From positions 1-57,342 of the forward strand of contig JAGCRI010000176.1 in NCBI GenBank assembly GCA_017964755.1: DNA of 57,342 bases, read 5' to 3'. The DNA comes from Bacteroidales bacterium. GTDB lineage: Bacteria; Bacteroidota; Bacteroidia; Bacteroidales; WCHB1-69. Below, piece by piece: positions 45,483 to 55,844 of this stretch. Below the pieces are notes generated by a model. The model was not told the origin of the DNA. It made no database searches and worked only from the letters and a program-made list of their open reading frames with translations. The translations under genes were made by a program, and so were the position numbers. How positions within the stretch are numbered: position 1 is the first letter of the stretch; each line of letters opens with the position of its first letter.

Positions 45483-46817
45483 ATGAAAACTTTTAAAATA
45501 GGCGGTGTTCACCCTGAAGCGCAAAAGTTGTCAAATGAAATTTCTGTTGAGACATTTCCGCTGCCGAAACAAGCCACAATATTTGTAACGCAGAGCCTCG
45601 GTGCTCCGGCTGTTCCGGTCGTGGCAAAAGGCGACAAAGTGAAGGTCGGGCAGCTGCTGGCGAAGGCGGAAGCCTTTATCTGCGCGAACGTGCATTCACC
45701 ATTTTCCGGCACTGTCAATAAAATTGAACCTGTCGCTGATTTCACTGGCTACAAGAAACCGGCAATCATCATTGATGTGGAAGGAGACGAATGGGACGAA
45801 AGCATTGACACTTCAGAGGAGATTGTGAGTGAGATAAAACTTTCGCGCAAAGAGATAATTGACAGAATGAAAGCGTGCGGCATTGTAGGATTGGGCGGTG
45901 CCTGCTTCCCGACACACGTCAAATATATGCTGCCTGAAGGGAAATCTGCTGACTACATTTTAGTGAATGCTGCAGAATGCGAACCGTATATCACTACGGA
46001 TTACCGCATGATGTTAGAGCAAACCGAGCAGTGCCTTGTCGGAATAGAAGCGTTATTGATTGCCTCTGGTGCGCCGAAGGCTCTGATAGGCATTGAAAAC
46101 AACAAGCCCGAAGCTATAAGGCATTTGCAGGAAGCAACTAAGACCCACCCTAAAATTGAGGTCGTGCCGTTGAAGACAAAATATCCGCAAGGTGCTGAAA
46201 AACAATTGATTCAGGCATTGACAGGACGCACCGTCCCCAACGGGAGACTCCCGATTGATGCTGGATGCATTGTCAACAACATAGCCACAACACACGCTGT
46301 GTATGAGGCCGTTCAGAAGAACAAGCCGCTTATAGAGACCTACACGACTGTTACAGGGAAACACCTTGCAAACCGCAAGAATTACAAAATCCGTCTCGGC
46401 ACTCCTCTCAAAGAGGTTTTGGACGCTGTCGGGATTCCTGAAAACACAGGCAAAATCATCAGCGGAGGTCCCATGATGGGCAAGGCAATGGCAAACACAA
46501 ACACCTTTTTCGTAAAAGGGATGTCAAGCATACTTTTCCTTGACGCGTCAGAGAGCAAGCGCATTCCAGAGTCAAATTGCCTGCGCTGCGGCAAGTGCAT
46601 TCAGGCGTGTCCTATGGGCTTGGAGCCGTATCTTTTCCGTATGCTCGCCGTTCATAACAGATTAGATGATTTGGAGGCGCATGGCATTATGAACTGCATA
46701 GAGTGCGGCTGCTGCCAGTCGGGCTGCCCAGCCCATATTCCGCTTCTCGACACTGTGAAGACAGGAAAATCGAAAACAGGGGCAATGATTAAATCAAGAC
46801 AAGTAAAAAAATCTTAA
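45483..46817 (+). CDS. rnfC: Rnf complex subunit C
   Basis: The GGVHP N-terminus, the GLGGACFPTHVK nucleotide-binding region and two 4Fe-4S motifs (CLRCGKCIQACP, CIECGCCQSGCP) support the call. Confidence 0.9.
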   Translation: MKTFKIGGVHPEAQKLSNEISVETFPLPKQATIFVTQSLGAPAVPVVAKGDKVKVGQLLAKAEAFICANVHSPFSGTVNKIEPVADFTGYKKPAIIIDVEGDEWDESIDTSEEIVSEIKLSRKEIIDRMKACGIVGLGGACFPTHVKYMLPEGKSADYILVNAAECEPYITTDYRMMLEQTEQCLVGIEALLIASGAPKALIGIENNKPEAIRHLQEATKTHPKIEVVPLKTKYPQGAEKQLIQALTGRTVPNGRLPIDAGCIVNNIATTHAVYEAVQKNKPLIETYTTVTGKHLANRKNYKIRLGTPLKEVLDAVGIPENTGKIISGGPMMGKAMANTNTFFVKGMSSILFLDASESKRIPESNCLRCGKCIQACPMGLEPYLFRMLAVHNRLDDLEAHGIMNCIECGCCQSGCPAHIPLLDTVKTGKSKTGAMIKSRQVKKS

Positions 46818-46818
46818 T

Positions 46819-47820
46819 ATGAGCGAGAATTTATTACAGGTTTCTGGTGCGCCGCATGTGCACAACGGAGAATCCACAAAACGCATAATGTGGTCGGTGG
46901 TGATTGCGCTGCTGCCCGCATTTATGGTCTCAGTCTTCTATTTCGGGCTACCGGTAATACTCATTACAGCGGTTTCTGTGGCAAGTTGTATTCTTTTTGA
47001 ATACCTGATACAGAAATTCATTTTGAAGACAAAACCCACCATTGACGACGGCTCGGCGGTCATTACAGGTCTCCTGCTGGCTTTTAACGTCCCTTCCAAC
47101 CTGAATCTTCTGTTGGTTGTGTTGGGAGCGTTTGTCGCAATCGGAATTGCAAAGATGGCTTTCGGCGGACTCGGCAACAACCTCTTCAACCCCGCACTGG
47201 TGGCGCGTGTCTTCCTGCTGATATCATTCCCCGTGCAGATGACAACATGGCCAAAAGCGACACCTATTTGGAATTTCGGTTTTGCAGATATTGTTACCGG
47301 CCCTACCCCACTCGGCATTTTGAAAGAGGGCGTTAAGAACGGCGATGCAGTCAGCCAGTTGATGGGCAGCGAAGCCATGCCTGATTATCTGCAGATGTTA
47401 GTCGGTCAGATGGGCGGCAGTTTCGGTGAAATCTCAGCGGTGGCAATACTCATTGGAGCAATATTCCTCCTTTTCCGCAAGGTCATCACTTGGCATATTC
47501 CTGTCGCGTTCCTGCTTTCAGCATTTGTCTTCTCAGGCATATTCTGGCTTGTTGACCCGACACACTATGCCACCCCGTGGTTCCATCTTCTCACCGGCGG
47601 AATGATGCTCGGCGCGTGCTTCATGGCAACTGATATGGTAACTTCGCCTATGTCAGCGCGCGGAATGCTCGTTTTCGGCTGCGGCTGCGGCATTCTCACC
47701 ATCATCATCCGTCTTTTCGGAGCCTACCCTGAAGGTGTTTCGTTTTCTATTCTCATCATGAACGCCTTTGTCCCGCTTATCAATAAAGGATTCAAACCAC
47801 AACCTTATTCAAAAATTTAA
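46819..47820 (+). CDS. rnfD: Rnf complex subunit D
   Basis: It is polytopic, with GAPHVH near the N-terminus and FMATDMVTSP. Confidence 0.9.
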   Translation: MSENLLQVSGAPHVHNGESTKRIMWSVVIALLPAFMVSVFYFGLPVILITAVSVASCILFEYLIQKFILKTKPTIDDGSAVITGLLLAFNVPSNLNLLLVVLGAFVAIGIAKMAFGGLGNNLFNPALVARVFLLISFPVQMTTWPKATPIWNFGFADIVTGPTPLGILKEGVKNGDAVSQLMGSEAMPDYLQMLVGQMGGSFGEISAVAILIGAIFLLFRKVITWHIPVAFLLSAFVFSGIFWLVDPTHYATPWFHLLTGGMMLGACFMATDMVTSPMSARGMLVFGCGCGILTIIIRLFGAYPEGVSFSILIMNAFVPLINKGFKPQPYSKI

Positions 47821-47843
47821 CAGAATCATACAATATTATATAT

Positions 47844-48434
47844 ATGTCAGGAAAAGAATCATCATTATGGAAAATGTGCCTTGTGCTGACCGTCATTTCA
47901 GTGGCGGCGGCGGCAGGTCTGGCAGCAGTATATTCATTAACCAAAGATCCTATTGAGGCATCTCAAAACAAGAAGCGTACCGAAGCTATCAACCAAGTGC
48001 TTCCAGGATTCAGCGGGACAACTGAAACTGTAAAAGTTTGTCTCCCCGAAGACAAAGATTCAGTCACATTAAATATGGCTTACGTTGATGGCGAATTGTT
48101 CGGAGCGGCGGTGGAGACTTACACCCTCAAAGGCTTCGGCGGAGCGTTCTCAATAATGGTCGGTTTCGACAAAGATGGCAACATACTCGGCACCGCTGTC
48201 CTCAATGCTTCTGAAACTCCCGGCCTCGGCGACAAAATCAACGCCGACAAGAGCGATTTTTCAAAACAGTTTGAAGGCAAGAATCCGTTGGATTTCATGT
48301 TAAAAGTCAACAAAGACGGAGGTGACGTTACACCTATCACAGCCGCAACAATCTCATCAAGAGCATATTGCGATGCAGTTCAAAGAGCATACGATTCTTT
48401 CGTGTTAGCAAAAAAGGAGGACAGCAATGAGTAA
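47844..48434 (+). CDS. rnfG: Rnf complex subunit G (FMN-binding)
   Basis: It has a single N-terminal TM helix, and ITAATISSRA is the covalent FMN attachment motif. Confidence 0.85.
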   Translation: MSGKESSLWKMCLVLTVISVAAAAGLAAVYSLTKDPIEASQNKKRTEAINQVLPGFSGTTETVKVCLPEDKDSVTLNMAYVDGELFGAAVETYTLKGFGGAFSIMVGFDKDGNILGTAVLNASETPGLGDKINADKSDFSKQFEGKNPLDFMLKVNKDGGDVTPITAATISSRAYCDAVQRAYDSFVLAKKEDSNE

Positions 48435-49035
48435 ACTTCAGATTTTAACAAAAGGGATTATAAAAGAGAATCCGAGCCTTATCCTTGTGCTTGGAATGTG
48501 CCCCACGTTGGGGGTCACCACATCTGCAGAAAACGGAATCGGCATGGGCATTGCCACGACTTTCGTGCTGCTTCTCTCAAACATAATGATTTCATTGGTC
48601 AAAGGCGTGATCCCTGATAAGGTACGCATTCCATCGTTCATCGTCATCATCGCGACCTTTGTCTCGATAGTCGATTTGCTTGTTCAGGGTTTTGTCCCTG
48701 CTCTCGCCGAAAGTCTCGGTCTGTTCATTCCGCTCATCGTTGTAAACTGCATCGTTTTGGGGCGCGCTGAGGCATTTGCCAGCAAAAACGGCATTTTCGA
48801 TTCAATGTTAGACGGACTTGGCATGGGACTCGGCTTTACGCTGTCGCTCTTCATCATCGGGGCGTGCCGCGAAATTCTGGGGAGCGGTGCCATTTTCGGA
48901 CACAAATTCATCACCGGTGACGGCATCCTCATCTTCGTGCTGGCTCCGGGCGCATTCTTCGTGTTAGGTTTTGTCATGGCTTTGGTAAGACATATACAGA
49001 ACAGAAAAAAAAGTTCACAACTTGAAAAAAGATAA
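48427..49035 (+). CDS. rnfE: Rnf complex subunit E
   Basis: ENPSLILVLGMCPTLGVTT and NCIVLGRAEAFA are present. It overlaps rnfG by 8 nt. Confidence 0.9.
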   Translation: MSKLQILTKGIIKENPSLILVLGMCPTLGVTTSAENGIGMGIATTFVLLLSNIMISLVKGVIPDKVRIPSFIVIIATFVSIVDLLVQGFVPALAESLGLFIPLIVVNCIVLGRAEAFASKNGIFDSMLDGLGMGLGFTLSLFIIGACREILGSGAIFGHKFITGDGILIFVLAPGAFFVLGFVMALVRHIQNRKKSSQLEKR

Positions 49036-49038
49036 GCT

Positions 49039-49614
49039 ATGGAATATATTTTGATGATTATAGGTTGCATATTGGTAAACAATATCGTTTTCTCGCAATT
49101 CTTAGGCATTTGCCCGTTTTTGGGTGTGTCGGGCAAAACCGGCACGGCGGCTGGCATGGGCGCGGCGGTAACCTTCGTGATGGCACTCGCCACATTAGTT
49201 ACCTCAACGGTAAACAAATATGTGCTGCTTCCACTCGGACTGAAGTTCATGCAAACCATTGTCTTCATTCTGATTATCGCAGCGTTAGTGCAGATGGTTG
49301 AGATAATATTGAAGAAAATAAGCCCCGCACTCTATCAGGCTCTCGGCATTTATCTGCCGCTCATCACCACAAACTGCGCTGTTTTGGGTGTCGCCATTCA
49401 GGTTACACAAAAGGCTGATTTTTCGATACTTGACAGCACAATTTTCGCCACTGCGACTGCAATAGGCTTTTTGCTCGCAATTGTCATTTTCGCCGGTTTG
49501 CGTGAACAACTTGAACTCAACAAAGTTCCAAATGCAATGAAAGGTGTGCCGATTGCACTTGTTACCGCAGGCATTCTCGCCATGGCTTTCATGGGTTTTG
49601 CAAATTTAGTCTAA
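49039..49614 (+). CDS. rnfA: Rnf complex subunit A
   Basis: FLGICPFLGVS and TNCAVLGVA are present. Confidence 0.9.
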   Translation: MEYILMIIGCILVNNIVFSQFLGICPFLGVSGKTGTAAGMGAAVTFVMALATLVTSTVNKYVLLPLGLKFMQTIVFILIIAALVQMVEIILKKISPALYQALGIYLPLITTNCAVLGVAIQVTQKADFSILDSTIFATATAIGFLLAIVIFAGLREQLELNKVPNAMKGVPIALVTAGILAMAFMGFANLV

Positions 49615-49683
49615 ATCATTATCTGTCATTATTTTATATTGATAAAAGAGAAGTTATAATATCGCTAATTTAATCTCAAAAAG

Positions 49684-50712
49684 ATGAACGACAATTTGGA
49701 TCCCTCGCGTAAACGTCTTTCTGCGGCTGAAAAGGAATTCGAGCAGAGCATACGCCCATACGATTTCGCAAATTTCTACGGCCAGCAGCAGCTTCTTGAA
49801 AACATAATCGTTTTTGTCAAGGCAGCTAAACAGCGCGGCGAGGCTTTGGATCACGTGCTCTTCCACGGACCTCCAGGACTTGGCAAAACCACTCTGTCGC
49901 ACATCATCGCCCATGAAATGGGGGTCAATATAAAAGTAACTTCAGGACCTGTCATCGACAAGCCCGGCGAACTTGCGGGGCTGCTCACAAACCTCGAGCC
50001 TAACGATGTGCTTTTCATTGATGAAATCCATCGTCTGTCGCCTGTTGTGGAAGAATACCTTTACTCTGCAATGGAAGACTATAAGATTGATATAGTGATA
50101 GATACAGGGCCAAATGCGAGAAGCGTGCAAATAGGAATCAATCCGTTTACGCTTGTCGGGGCGACCACACGTTCCGGACTTCTCACCGCACCGTTGCGTT
50201 CACGTTTCGGGATAAACCTGCGCCTGCAATACTACGATGCAGATGTTTTGGCCAAAATTCTAAAACGCTCGGCAGGGATTCTGAAGATTGAAATTGACGA
50301 TGACGCCGCATACGAAATCGCACGCCGCAGCCGTGGCACACCACGTATCGCGAACTTGCTCCTGCGCCGTGTCCGCGACTTCGCGCAAATCAAAGGTGAC
50401 GGCCGAATCAACCGTGAAATAGCCCAAATTGCACTTGCCGCTCTGAACGTTGACAAGCACGGGCTTTACGAGATGGACAACCGCATATTAAGCACAATCA
50501 TAGAAATATTCAAAGGCGGACCGGTCGGGCTAACGACCATAGCCACCGCTGTCGGCGAAGACACCGGCACCATTGAGGAGGTTTACGAGCCGTTCCTCAT
50601 ACAGGAGGGCTATCTCATGCGCACCCCACGCGGCCGCGAAGCCACACCGGCAGCGTACAAGCACCTCGGCAAAGTTCCGTTCACGGAAACGCCGGATTTG
50701 TTTAATTATTAG
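49684..50712 (+). CDS. ruvB: Holliday junction branch migration DNA helicase RuvB
   Basis: [45 protein letters not shown] and [11 protein letters not shown]-type motifs are present. Confidence 0.95.
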   Translation: MNDNLDPSRKRLSAAEKEFEQSIRPYDFANFYGQQQLLENIIVFVKAAKQRGEALDHVLFHGPPGLGKTTLSHIIAHEMGVNIKVTSGPVIDKPGELAGLLTNLEPNDVLFIDEIHRLSPVVEEYLYSAMEDYKIDIVIDTGPNARSVQIGINPFTLVGATTRSGLLTAPLRSRFGINLRLQYYDADVLAKILKRSAGILKIEIDDDAAYEIARRSRGTPRIANLLLRRVRDFAQIKGDGRINREIAQIALAALNVDKHGLYEMDNRILSTIIEIFKGGPVGLTTIATAVGEDTGTIEEVYEPFLIQEGYLMRTPRGREATPAAYKHLGKVPFTETPDLFNY

Positions 50713-50743
50713 AAGTTAAAGTTACTTCAACAACTTCCGATAT

Positions 50744-52669
50744 TCACTTCTTCGTAACCAAACACAAAAGCGTAAGGTCATCATTAGGAACGGCGCCCTC
50801 ACGATGGCTGGCAACAGCTTCCTGCAGCATAACGATAACTTCTTCAGAAGAGAGGTCTTTGGCCCCAGCCATAAGTTCTTGAAGCTTGTCATCACCAAAC
50901 AGCTGGTGCTGCATATTCTCGGCTTCTGTAAGGCCGTCAGTGTAAATCAGCAACTGCCGTTCTCTTATATCGTCCAAGCTCTCACCGTTGAATGCGCCTT
51001 CTTCCCATATTCCTAACGGGCGGTTTGTATATTTCAGTTTCATGAACTCACCATCAAGCAGTGGCGCATTGTGACCGCAGTTACAATAATCGAGGTGTCC
51101 TGTTTTAAGGTCTGCGCAGCCAATAAACATGGTGACAAACATATTCTGCTCATTGTCGTGCGAAAGGATGAGGTTGATTTGTGTGGCAATCTCTTCCGGC
51201 GTATGCCCCTGCTGAGCGACAATACGGAAAAGATTGCGTGTTACTGCCATAAATAATGAAGCCGGGATTCCCTTACCGGAAACATCTCCTACACAGAAAT
51301 AGAGGTGTTCGTCCTGAATGAAGAAGTCGTAAAGGTCTCCACCAACCTCTTTGGCCGGTGTCATAGAAGCAAACAGGTCTATGCCGTTCCTGTTAGGGAA
51401 AGGCGGGAAAATGCGCGGCACCATTGACATCTGTATATCGCTGGCGACTTTCAACTCGCTTTCTATTGACGCTTTCTGCGCTGTGGTCTGCCTGAGCTCG
51501 TCAATGTATTTCACCAACGACTGCTGCATACCTGTAAACGATTGGCTTAACTGACCTATTTCATCGTCACGTCCGTCTTCAGGCAGTGTTTCATCAAAGT
51601 TCCCTTGCGCTATGCTCTCCGCCTGCGTTGCAAGAGTTTTCAATGGTCGTAACTCTTTGTTAATGATACGGAAACAGACAATTAACATCAACAACAAACC
51701 AGCAATTACCGCCATTGTAACAGCACTCCTGAGGCGATAGAATGAGCCGAAAATGTCGTTTTCAGGGCAAACAATAGCCACGCTCCACCCCGTATTACTA
51801 AGAGGTTTGTAGAACACAAAACAATCCACCCCGTCAATTTTGAGTTGTCGCATACCTTCCTCCCCACGTTGCATTGCATGACCAAGCGCAGTGACTGCAG
51901 TATCAGGCTTTTCGATAGTCTCAGTGAAAATAGTCTGATAAAAGAGTTTTGTAGTATCCGGATGGACAAAATATGTACCACCCTGCCCTATCATTATGCT
52001 GTAAGAGTTCGGATATGGCTTGACTGCCGAAATTGTCTGAGAGAGCCAAGAGAGAGAAATATCTACAGAAATTGTGCCGATATATACGTTATTCTTATCT
52101 TTAAGAGGCTTACAATATGAAGCTATCATATCGTGCGAATAAATATTATTATCGGGATTGTAGTCCATAAACGGCTCTGTCCACACAGGGCGATCAAGCA
52201 ACTTGCAAAGCTGGTACCAGTCCATATAGAAATACTCATAGTGCTCATTGCCTTCCTGTGTGGTAAGAACATTACCATTGTCATTATAAGAATATGCCGA
52301 AAAATAACGTCCGCGATCCTTGAAATAGTTCGGTTCAAAAGCAATTGAGCAGCCGTTCAGGTCGGGATTGTTTATGAGAATACGGCGTGAGTAAACATAC
52401 ATTGAGTCGGGCGTGTCGAGATGGCGATTTATAAGCCATTCGGTATTGTTTGCAGCTATAACGACTTTATCGAGAATTCCGTTTACACGCAAAGCGGTAT
52501 TCTCCAGAATCTCTGTGGCATGGTTAATTGCTTCCTGCCGGATAGCCTGCCGCGACACCCAAAACATAAAGCCCAATGAAGCCACAAGGATCATAGCAGC
52601 AAAAAGCACAATTCCGAGGCTGAGCCTTCTGGAAAGCGAATGACGGATATATTTTTTTTTCATTTTCAT
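50744..52669 (-). CDS. Membrane sensor phosphatase with a Cache-like periplasmic domain, HAMP and a PP2C/SpoIIE domain
   Basis: Two TM segments flank a periplasmic domain of about 280 aa. A HAMP-like linker (IINKELRPLKTLATQAESIAQGNFDE) follows. The SpoIIE motifs are GGDLYDF, GDVSGKGIPASLFMA and YTDGLTEA. Confidence 0.8.
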   Translation of the reverse strand: MKMKKKYIRHSLSRRLSLGIVLFAAMILVASLGFMFWVSRQAIRQEAINHATEILENTALRVNGILDKVVIAANNTEWLINRHLDTPDSMYVYSRRILINNPDLNGCSIAFEPNYFKDRGRYFSAYSYNDNGNVLTTQEGNEHYEYFYMDWYQLCKLLDRPVWTEPFMDYNPDNNIYSHDMIASYCKPLKDKNNVYIGTISVDISLSWLSQTISAVKPYPNSYSIMIGQGGTYFVHPDTTKLFYQTIFTETIEKPDTAVTALGHAMQRGEEGMRQLKIDGVDCFVFYKPLSNTGWSVAIVCPENDIFGSFYRLRSAVTMAVIAGLLLMLIVCFRIINKELRPLKTLATQAESIAQGNFDETLPEDGRDDEIGQLSQSFTGMQQSLVKYIDELRQTTAQKASIESELKVASDIQMSMVPRIFPPFPNRNGIDLFASMTPAKEVGGDLYDFFIQDEHLYFCVGDVSGKGIPASLFMAVTRNLFRIVAQQGHTPEEIATQINLILSHDNEQNMFVTMFIGCADLKTGHLDYCNCGHNAPLLDGEFMKLKYTNRPLGIWEEGAFNGESLDDIRERQLLIYTDGLTEAENMQHQLFGDDKLQELMAGAKDLSSEEVIVMLQEAVASHREGAVPNDDLTLLCLVTKK

Positions 52670-52672
52670 ATT

Positions 52673-53626
52673 CTATTTCACTATTAGATCTTCGTATGTT
52701 ACTTCCTTTTTCAGCAATTTGCATTCCAACATTAGGTCGCTGGCAAGTTTCACCATATCAGGCCGCAGCTTGAACTCACGCTTGCCCGACTCGCGGTCTA
52801 TTTGGAGACGCAGCACCTCATGGAGCATCAATTTCTGAAGCACGCGGTTTGTGGCTATATGGTTTTCGCGCACATATTTCATCACAATCTCAAGTGTTTC
52901 ATCAGGGTGTGCGGCTGCCCATTCCCAACCACGGCGGCTTGCCTGTGCAAACTTTTCAGCCTGATCCTTGTGCTTGAGATAGTATTCGCGCGTCATATAT
53001 ACACCATCTTCCTGCACATTGTATCCGTGGTCGCAAAAACGGTACATGTTGCTTGCGTTCAGCTCCATACCTGTTTGCAGCAACTGATAATACTCATTGT
53101 AACTCATGGCAAGAGTGGCGTCAATGGCTCCGGCCACAAAAAGATTGACATTAGAGGCAAACTGGACCCATTCATAGTCAAGCTGTTCTTTTTGGCTCAT
53201 ACATATTGCCATTTGTCCGAAGCCGATACTCCAAATACCAACACGCGCTCCTTTTTGGGTCAAAGGATCCTTGTCGCGCCGCGACACTATAACCAACCCG
53301 TTATTCATTGAGGTTTGAAGGATGTTCACCAAAGGAATGCCATTATCCATAATTTCCATAGCCTGACAAAGCTGGAGGGTTGTGGCATGGCTCTCGTTAT
53401 TCCTGACGCGACTCATTGCAGACTGTGTGGCAGACGGGTGAACAATTGCAACATCGACGCCCGCTTCCTTATAAAAGCCTTTTTCGTATGCCACATAAAA
53501 GCCGGCAAACTGCGCCTGTGCGGTCCACTGCGGCGTGAACACAAAACGCTCTTGAGCTTCTGACCTCATAATGCTGAACATTATAGCTAAAATCACGGCC
53601 AGTTGTATAATTCTATTTTTTTTCAT
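52673..53626 (-). CDS. Periplasmic NMT1/THI5-like (nitrate/sulfonate/bicarbonate-type) substrate-binding protein
   Basis: It has a signal peptide, and TPQWTAQAQFAGFYVAYEKGFYKEAGVDV is typical of the family. It ends 3 nt before the SpoIIE gene start. Confidence 0.7.
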   Translation of the reverse strand: MKKNRIIQLAVILAIMFSIMRSEAQERFVFTPQWTAQAQFAGFYVAYEKGFYKEAGVDVAIVHPSATQSAMSRVRNNESHATTLQLCQAMEIMDNGIPLVNILQTSMNNGLVIVSRRDKDPLTQKGARVGIWSIGFGQMAICMSQKEQLDYEWVQFASNVNLFVAGAIDATLAMSYNEYYQLLQTGMELNASNMYRFCDHGYNVQEDGVYMTREYYLKHKDQAEKFAQASRRGWEWAAAHPDETLEIVMKYVRENHIATNRVLQKLMLHEVLRLQIDRESGKREFKLRPDMVKLASDLMLECKLLKKEVTYEDLIVK

Positions 53627-53828
53627 AAGATGTTTTATTATCCCGATCTATTGCATATAAATTTATTATCTGCTTCGTTGCACAAAGTTGCACAAAAAAA
53701 CAATAACATTTTCAAGAATCTGCATTTTTATTATGTTATTTATTATTTTTTCAAGAATGCAAAGATAATTATTTTCCACAAAAAACAAAAATATACCAAC
53801 CACTTTACCATAACATTATTTTTTTATG

Positions 53829-53836
53829 TAACTTTG
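53829..53836 (+). promoter_or_regulatory. TAnnTTTG -7 box for the bactofilin operon
   Basis: TAACTTTG lies 47 nt upstream of the ATG at 53883. Confidence 0.45.
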
Positions 53837-53882
53837 CAATTTAGTAAAAACAATATACAGAAACGTAAATAAACATAATATT

Positions 53883-54266
53883 ATGGCAACAAGACCAGAA
53901 GAAGAAAGCGGTGTGAATGTGATTGCTGAAGGCACAACACTGACCGGAAATATAGTAACCTCAGGCGACTGCCGTATAGACGGCACAATGAAAGGCAACA
54001 TACAATCCAATGCAAAGGTGATTGTCGGCATAAACGGCATAATTGAAGGCGAACTTGTGTGCAAGAACCTTGAGATAGAAGGCAAAGTGAAGGCAAACGT
54101 GAACGTAGGCGAGCTTTTGGCACTGAAATCAAATTCCACACTCGTAGGGAATATCACTGTAGGGAAAATTTCAATTGAGCCTGGTGCGAACTTCATAGGA
54201 AACTGCCGGATGCAGAACTCTAAAATTGAAGTGCCAGGGCAACTTCAGGAGCCACAGAACAAGTAA
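53883..54266 (+). CDS. Bactofilin-family polymer-forming cytoskeletal protein
   Basis: The repetitive beta-helix pattern I.EG...TG.I.....RIDG...G.I......V.....G.I.G supports the call. Confidence 0.8.
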   Translation: MATRPEEESGVNVIAEGTTLTGNIVTSGDCRIDGTMKGNIQSNAKVIVGINGIIEGELVCKNLEIEGKVKANVNVGELLALKSNSTLVGNITVGKISIEPGANFIGNCRMQNSKIEVPGQLQEPQNK

Positions 54267-54503
54267 ATGAAAGACGAAAAGTCGGACGCCCCGTTGCGCG
54301 GATACGCCCACTATTCCGGCCTCGCCGTCCAAATGGCTGTTATTATTGCTCTCTCAACAGTCGGCGGTCTGAAACTGGATGGGCTAACTGACCTCAAGCC
54401 CTTGTTCACAGTCGTATGCAGCCTCGCCGGTGTTGCACTTGCCATGTATGTCGTGATTAAAGATTTCACCCCTAAAAAAAACAAAAACGACAAAAAGAAT
54501 TAG
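54267..54503 (+). CDS. AtpZ/AtpI-like small membrane protein
   Basis: The protein is 78 aa with two hydrophobic helices. The GYAHYSGLAVQMAVIIAL pattern is typical of the family. Its start directly abuts the bactofilin stop. Confidence 0.55.
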   Translation: MKDEKSDAPLRGYAHYSGLAVQMAVIIALSTVGGLKLDGLTDLKPLFTVVCSLAGVALAMYVVIKDFTPKKNKNDKKN

Positions 54504-54506
54504 CTT

Positions 54507-54887
54507 ATGCTGAAAAATTCACTCAAAATATACATTTTCCGGCTGCTTGTATTTTCGATAATACTCACAAGCGGCACTTTCTGCATGCAATTTCTCTGCC
54601 CCCAATACGTCTCCCCCGCCCTACCGTTCATCGTGCTTTTTTTCTTCATCATAATGCTCATTTCACACTATATAATACTACGCGGTATTTACAAGGAAAA
54701 TAAAAATTTCGTGGCCAACTACATGCTCGCGACAATCATCAAATTTGTGTCTTACATCATTTTTCTCATCACTTATATAGTACTGAACCGCGAAGACGCC
54801 ATGCTTTTCGGCATATCTTTCATAATATTGTATTTTCTTTTCTCTATATTTGAAATTATCACAATAAAACTTGAAAAAAAAGCGTGA
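54507..54887 (+). CDS. Small polytopic membrane protein (126 aa, about 4 helices), unknown function
   Basis: The call rests on hydrophobicity alone. Confidence 0.5.
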   Translation: MLKNSLKIYIFRLLVFSIILTSGTFCMQFLCPQYVSPALPFIVLFFFIIMLISHYIILRGIYKENKNFVANYMLATIIKFVSYIIFLITYIVLNREDAMLFGISFIILYFLFSIFEIITIKLEKKA

Positions 54888-55840
54888 TGACGAAGAGAAT
54901 ACTGATTGTCAATTCTGTCCATCCGAGCCTTGCAGAAAGATTAAATGAGACCGGCTTCTTATGCGAGACAAACAAAAACCTGTCATACAATGATTTTTTG
55001 TCAATACAAGACCAATATTACGGATTAATTATCCGCAGCCGGTTTATAATTGACGAACATTTGTTGGAAAGCAAAAAGAATTTAAAATTCGTGGTGCGTA
55101 TAGGCTCCGGTGTTGAAAATATCGACACAGCCGCATGCGAAAGGCACAGCATAGCCTGTATAAGCACTCCTGAAGGGAACGCGCCGGCCGTTGCGGAACA
55201 TGCTCTCGCACTTCTGCTGGCAGCACTGAAAAACATTAACAAAACGGATAGAGAAGTAAGAAACGGCATTTGGGAGCGCACACTCAACAAAAACCGCGAA
55301 CTGTCGTCTCTCACCGCAGGTATAATCGGGTACGGCCACACAGGCCCCGCATTCGCGAAACTGCTACATTCACTCGGCTGCAATGTGCTCGCTTACGACA
55401 AATTCAAAACCGGCTTCAGCGACAACTTCGCTTCGGAAACATCTTTGCAACAACTGCTTGAAACAAGCGACATCATATCTATACACATTAATTATCTTCC
55501 TGAAAACCATTATTTTATAAATAAAGAAAAATTTTCATGCGTTAAAAGGAATCCGTTATTCATAAACACTTCGCGCGGACTTTCGGTCAACACAAACGAC
55601 CTTTTAGACGCATTGGACAGCGGCATCATACAACATGCTTGCCTTGATGTATTGGAATTTGAGACTTCGCGGCTACAAATTCCACCGCTGAAAGAGTGGA
55701 CAGAGACAATGCAACGTCTCGCGGCACATCCCAAAGTCACTTTGACACCACACATCGCAGGACAGACCTTTGACGCAGACAAAAGACATGCAGACATTGC
55801 TTTTGAAAAAATCATTAATCTGATTAACAATAAAATATAA
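54884..55840 (+). CDS. D-isomer-specific 2-hydroxyacid dehydrogenase family protein (NAD-binding)
   Basis: AGIIGYGHTGPAFAKLL is the GxGxxG Rossmann motif. NTSRG and the HIAG catalytic His context are present. The GTGATGA start/stop overlaps the upstream gene. Confidence 0.8.
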   Translation: MMTKRILIVNSVHPSLAERLNETGFLCETNKNLSYNDFLSIQDQYYGLIIRSRFIIDEHLLESKKNLKFVVRIGSGVENIDTAACERHSIACISTPEGNAPAVAEHALALLLAALKNINKTDREVRNGIWERTLNKNRELSSLTAGIIGYGHTGPAFAKLLHSLGCNVLAYDKFKTGFSDNFASETSLQQLLETSDIISIHINYLPENHYFINKEKFSCVKRNPLFINTSRGLSVNTNDLLDALDSGIIQHACLDVLEFETSRLQIPPLKEWTETMQRLAAHPKVTLTPHIAGQTFDADKRHADIAFEKIINLINNKI

Positions 55841-55844
55841 TGAT

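Noticed and set aside
52651-52660. A9 run (plus-strand T9) in the first codons of the SpoIIE gene, and an A8 run at 53616-53623 in the SBP gene, as slipped-strand phase-variation tracts
   Set aside because: They encode the Lys-rich n-regions (MKMKKKY, MKKN) that are very common at Bacteroidetes N-termini. The tracts are short and there is no supporting evidence for length variation.
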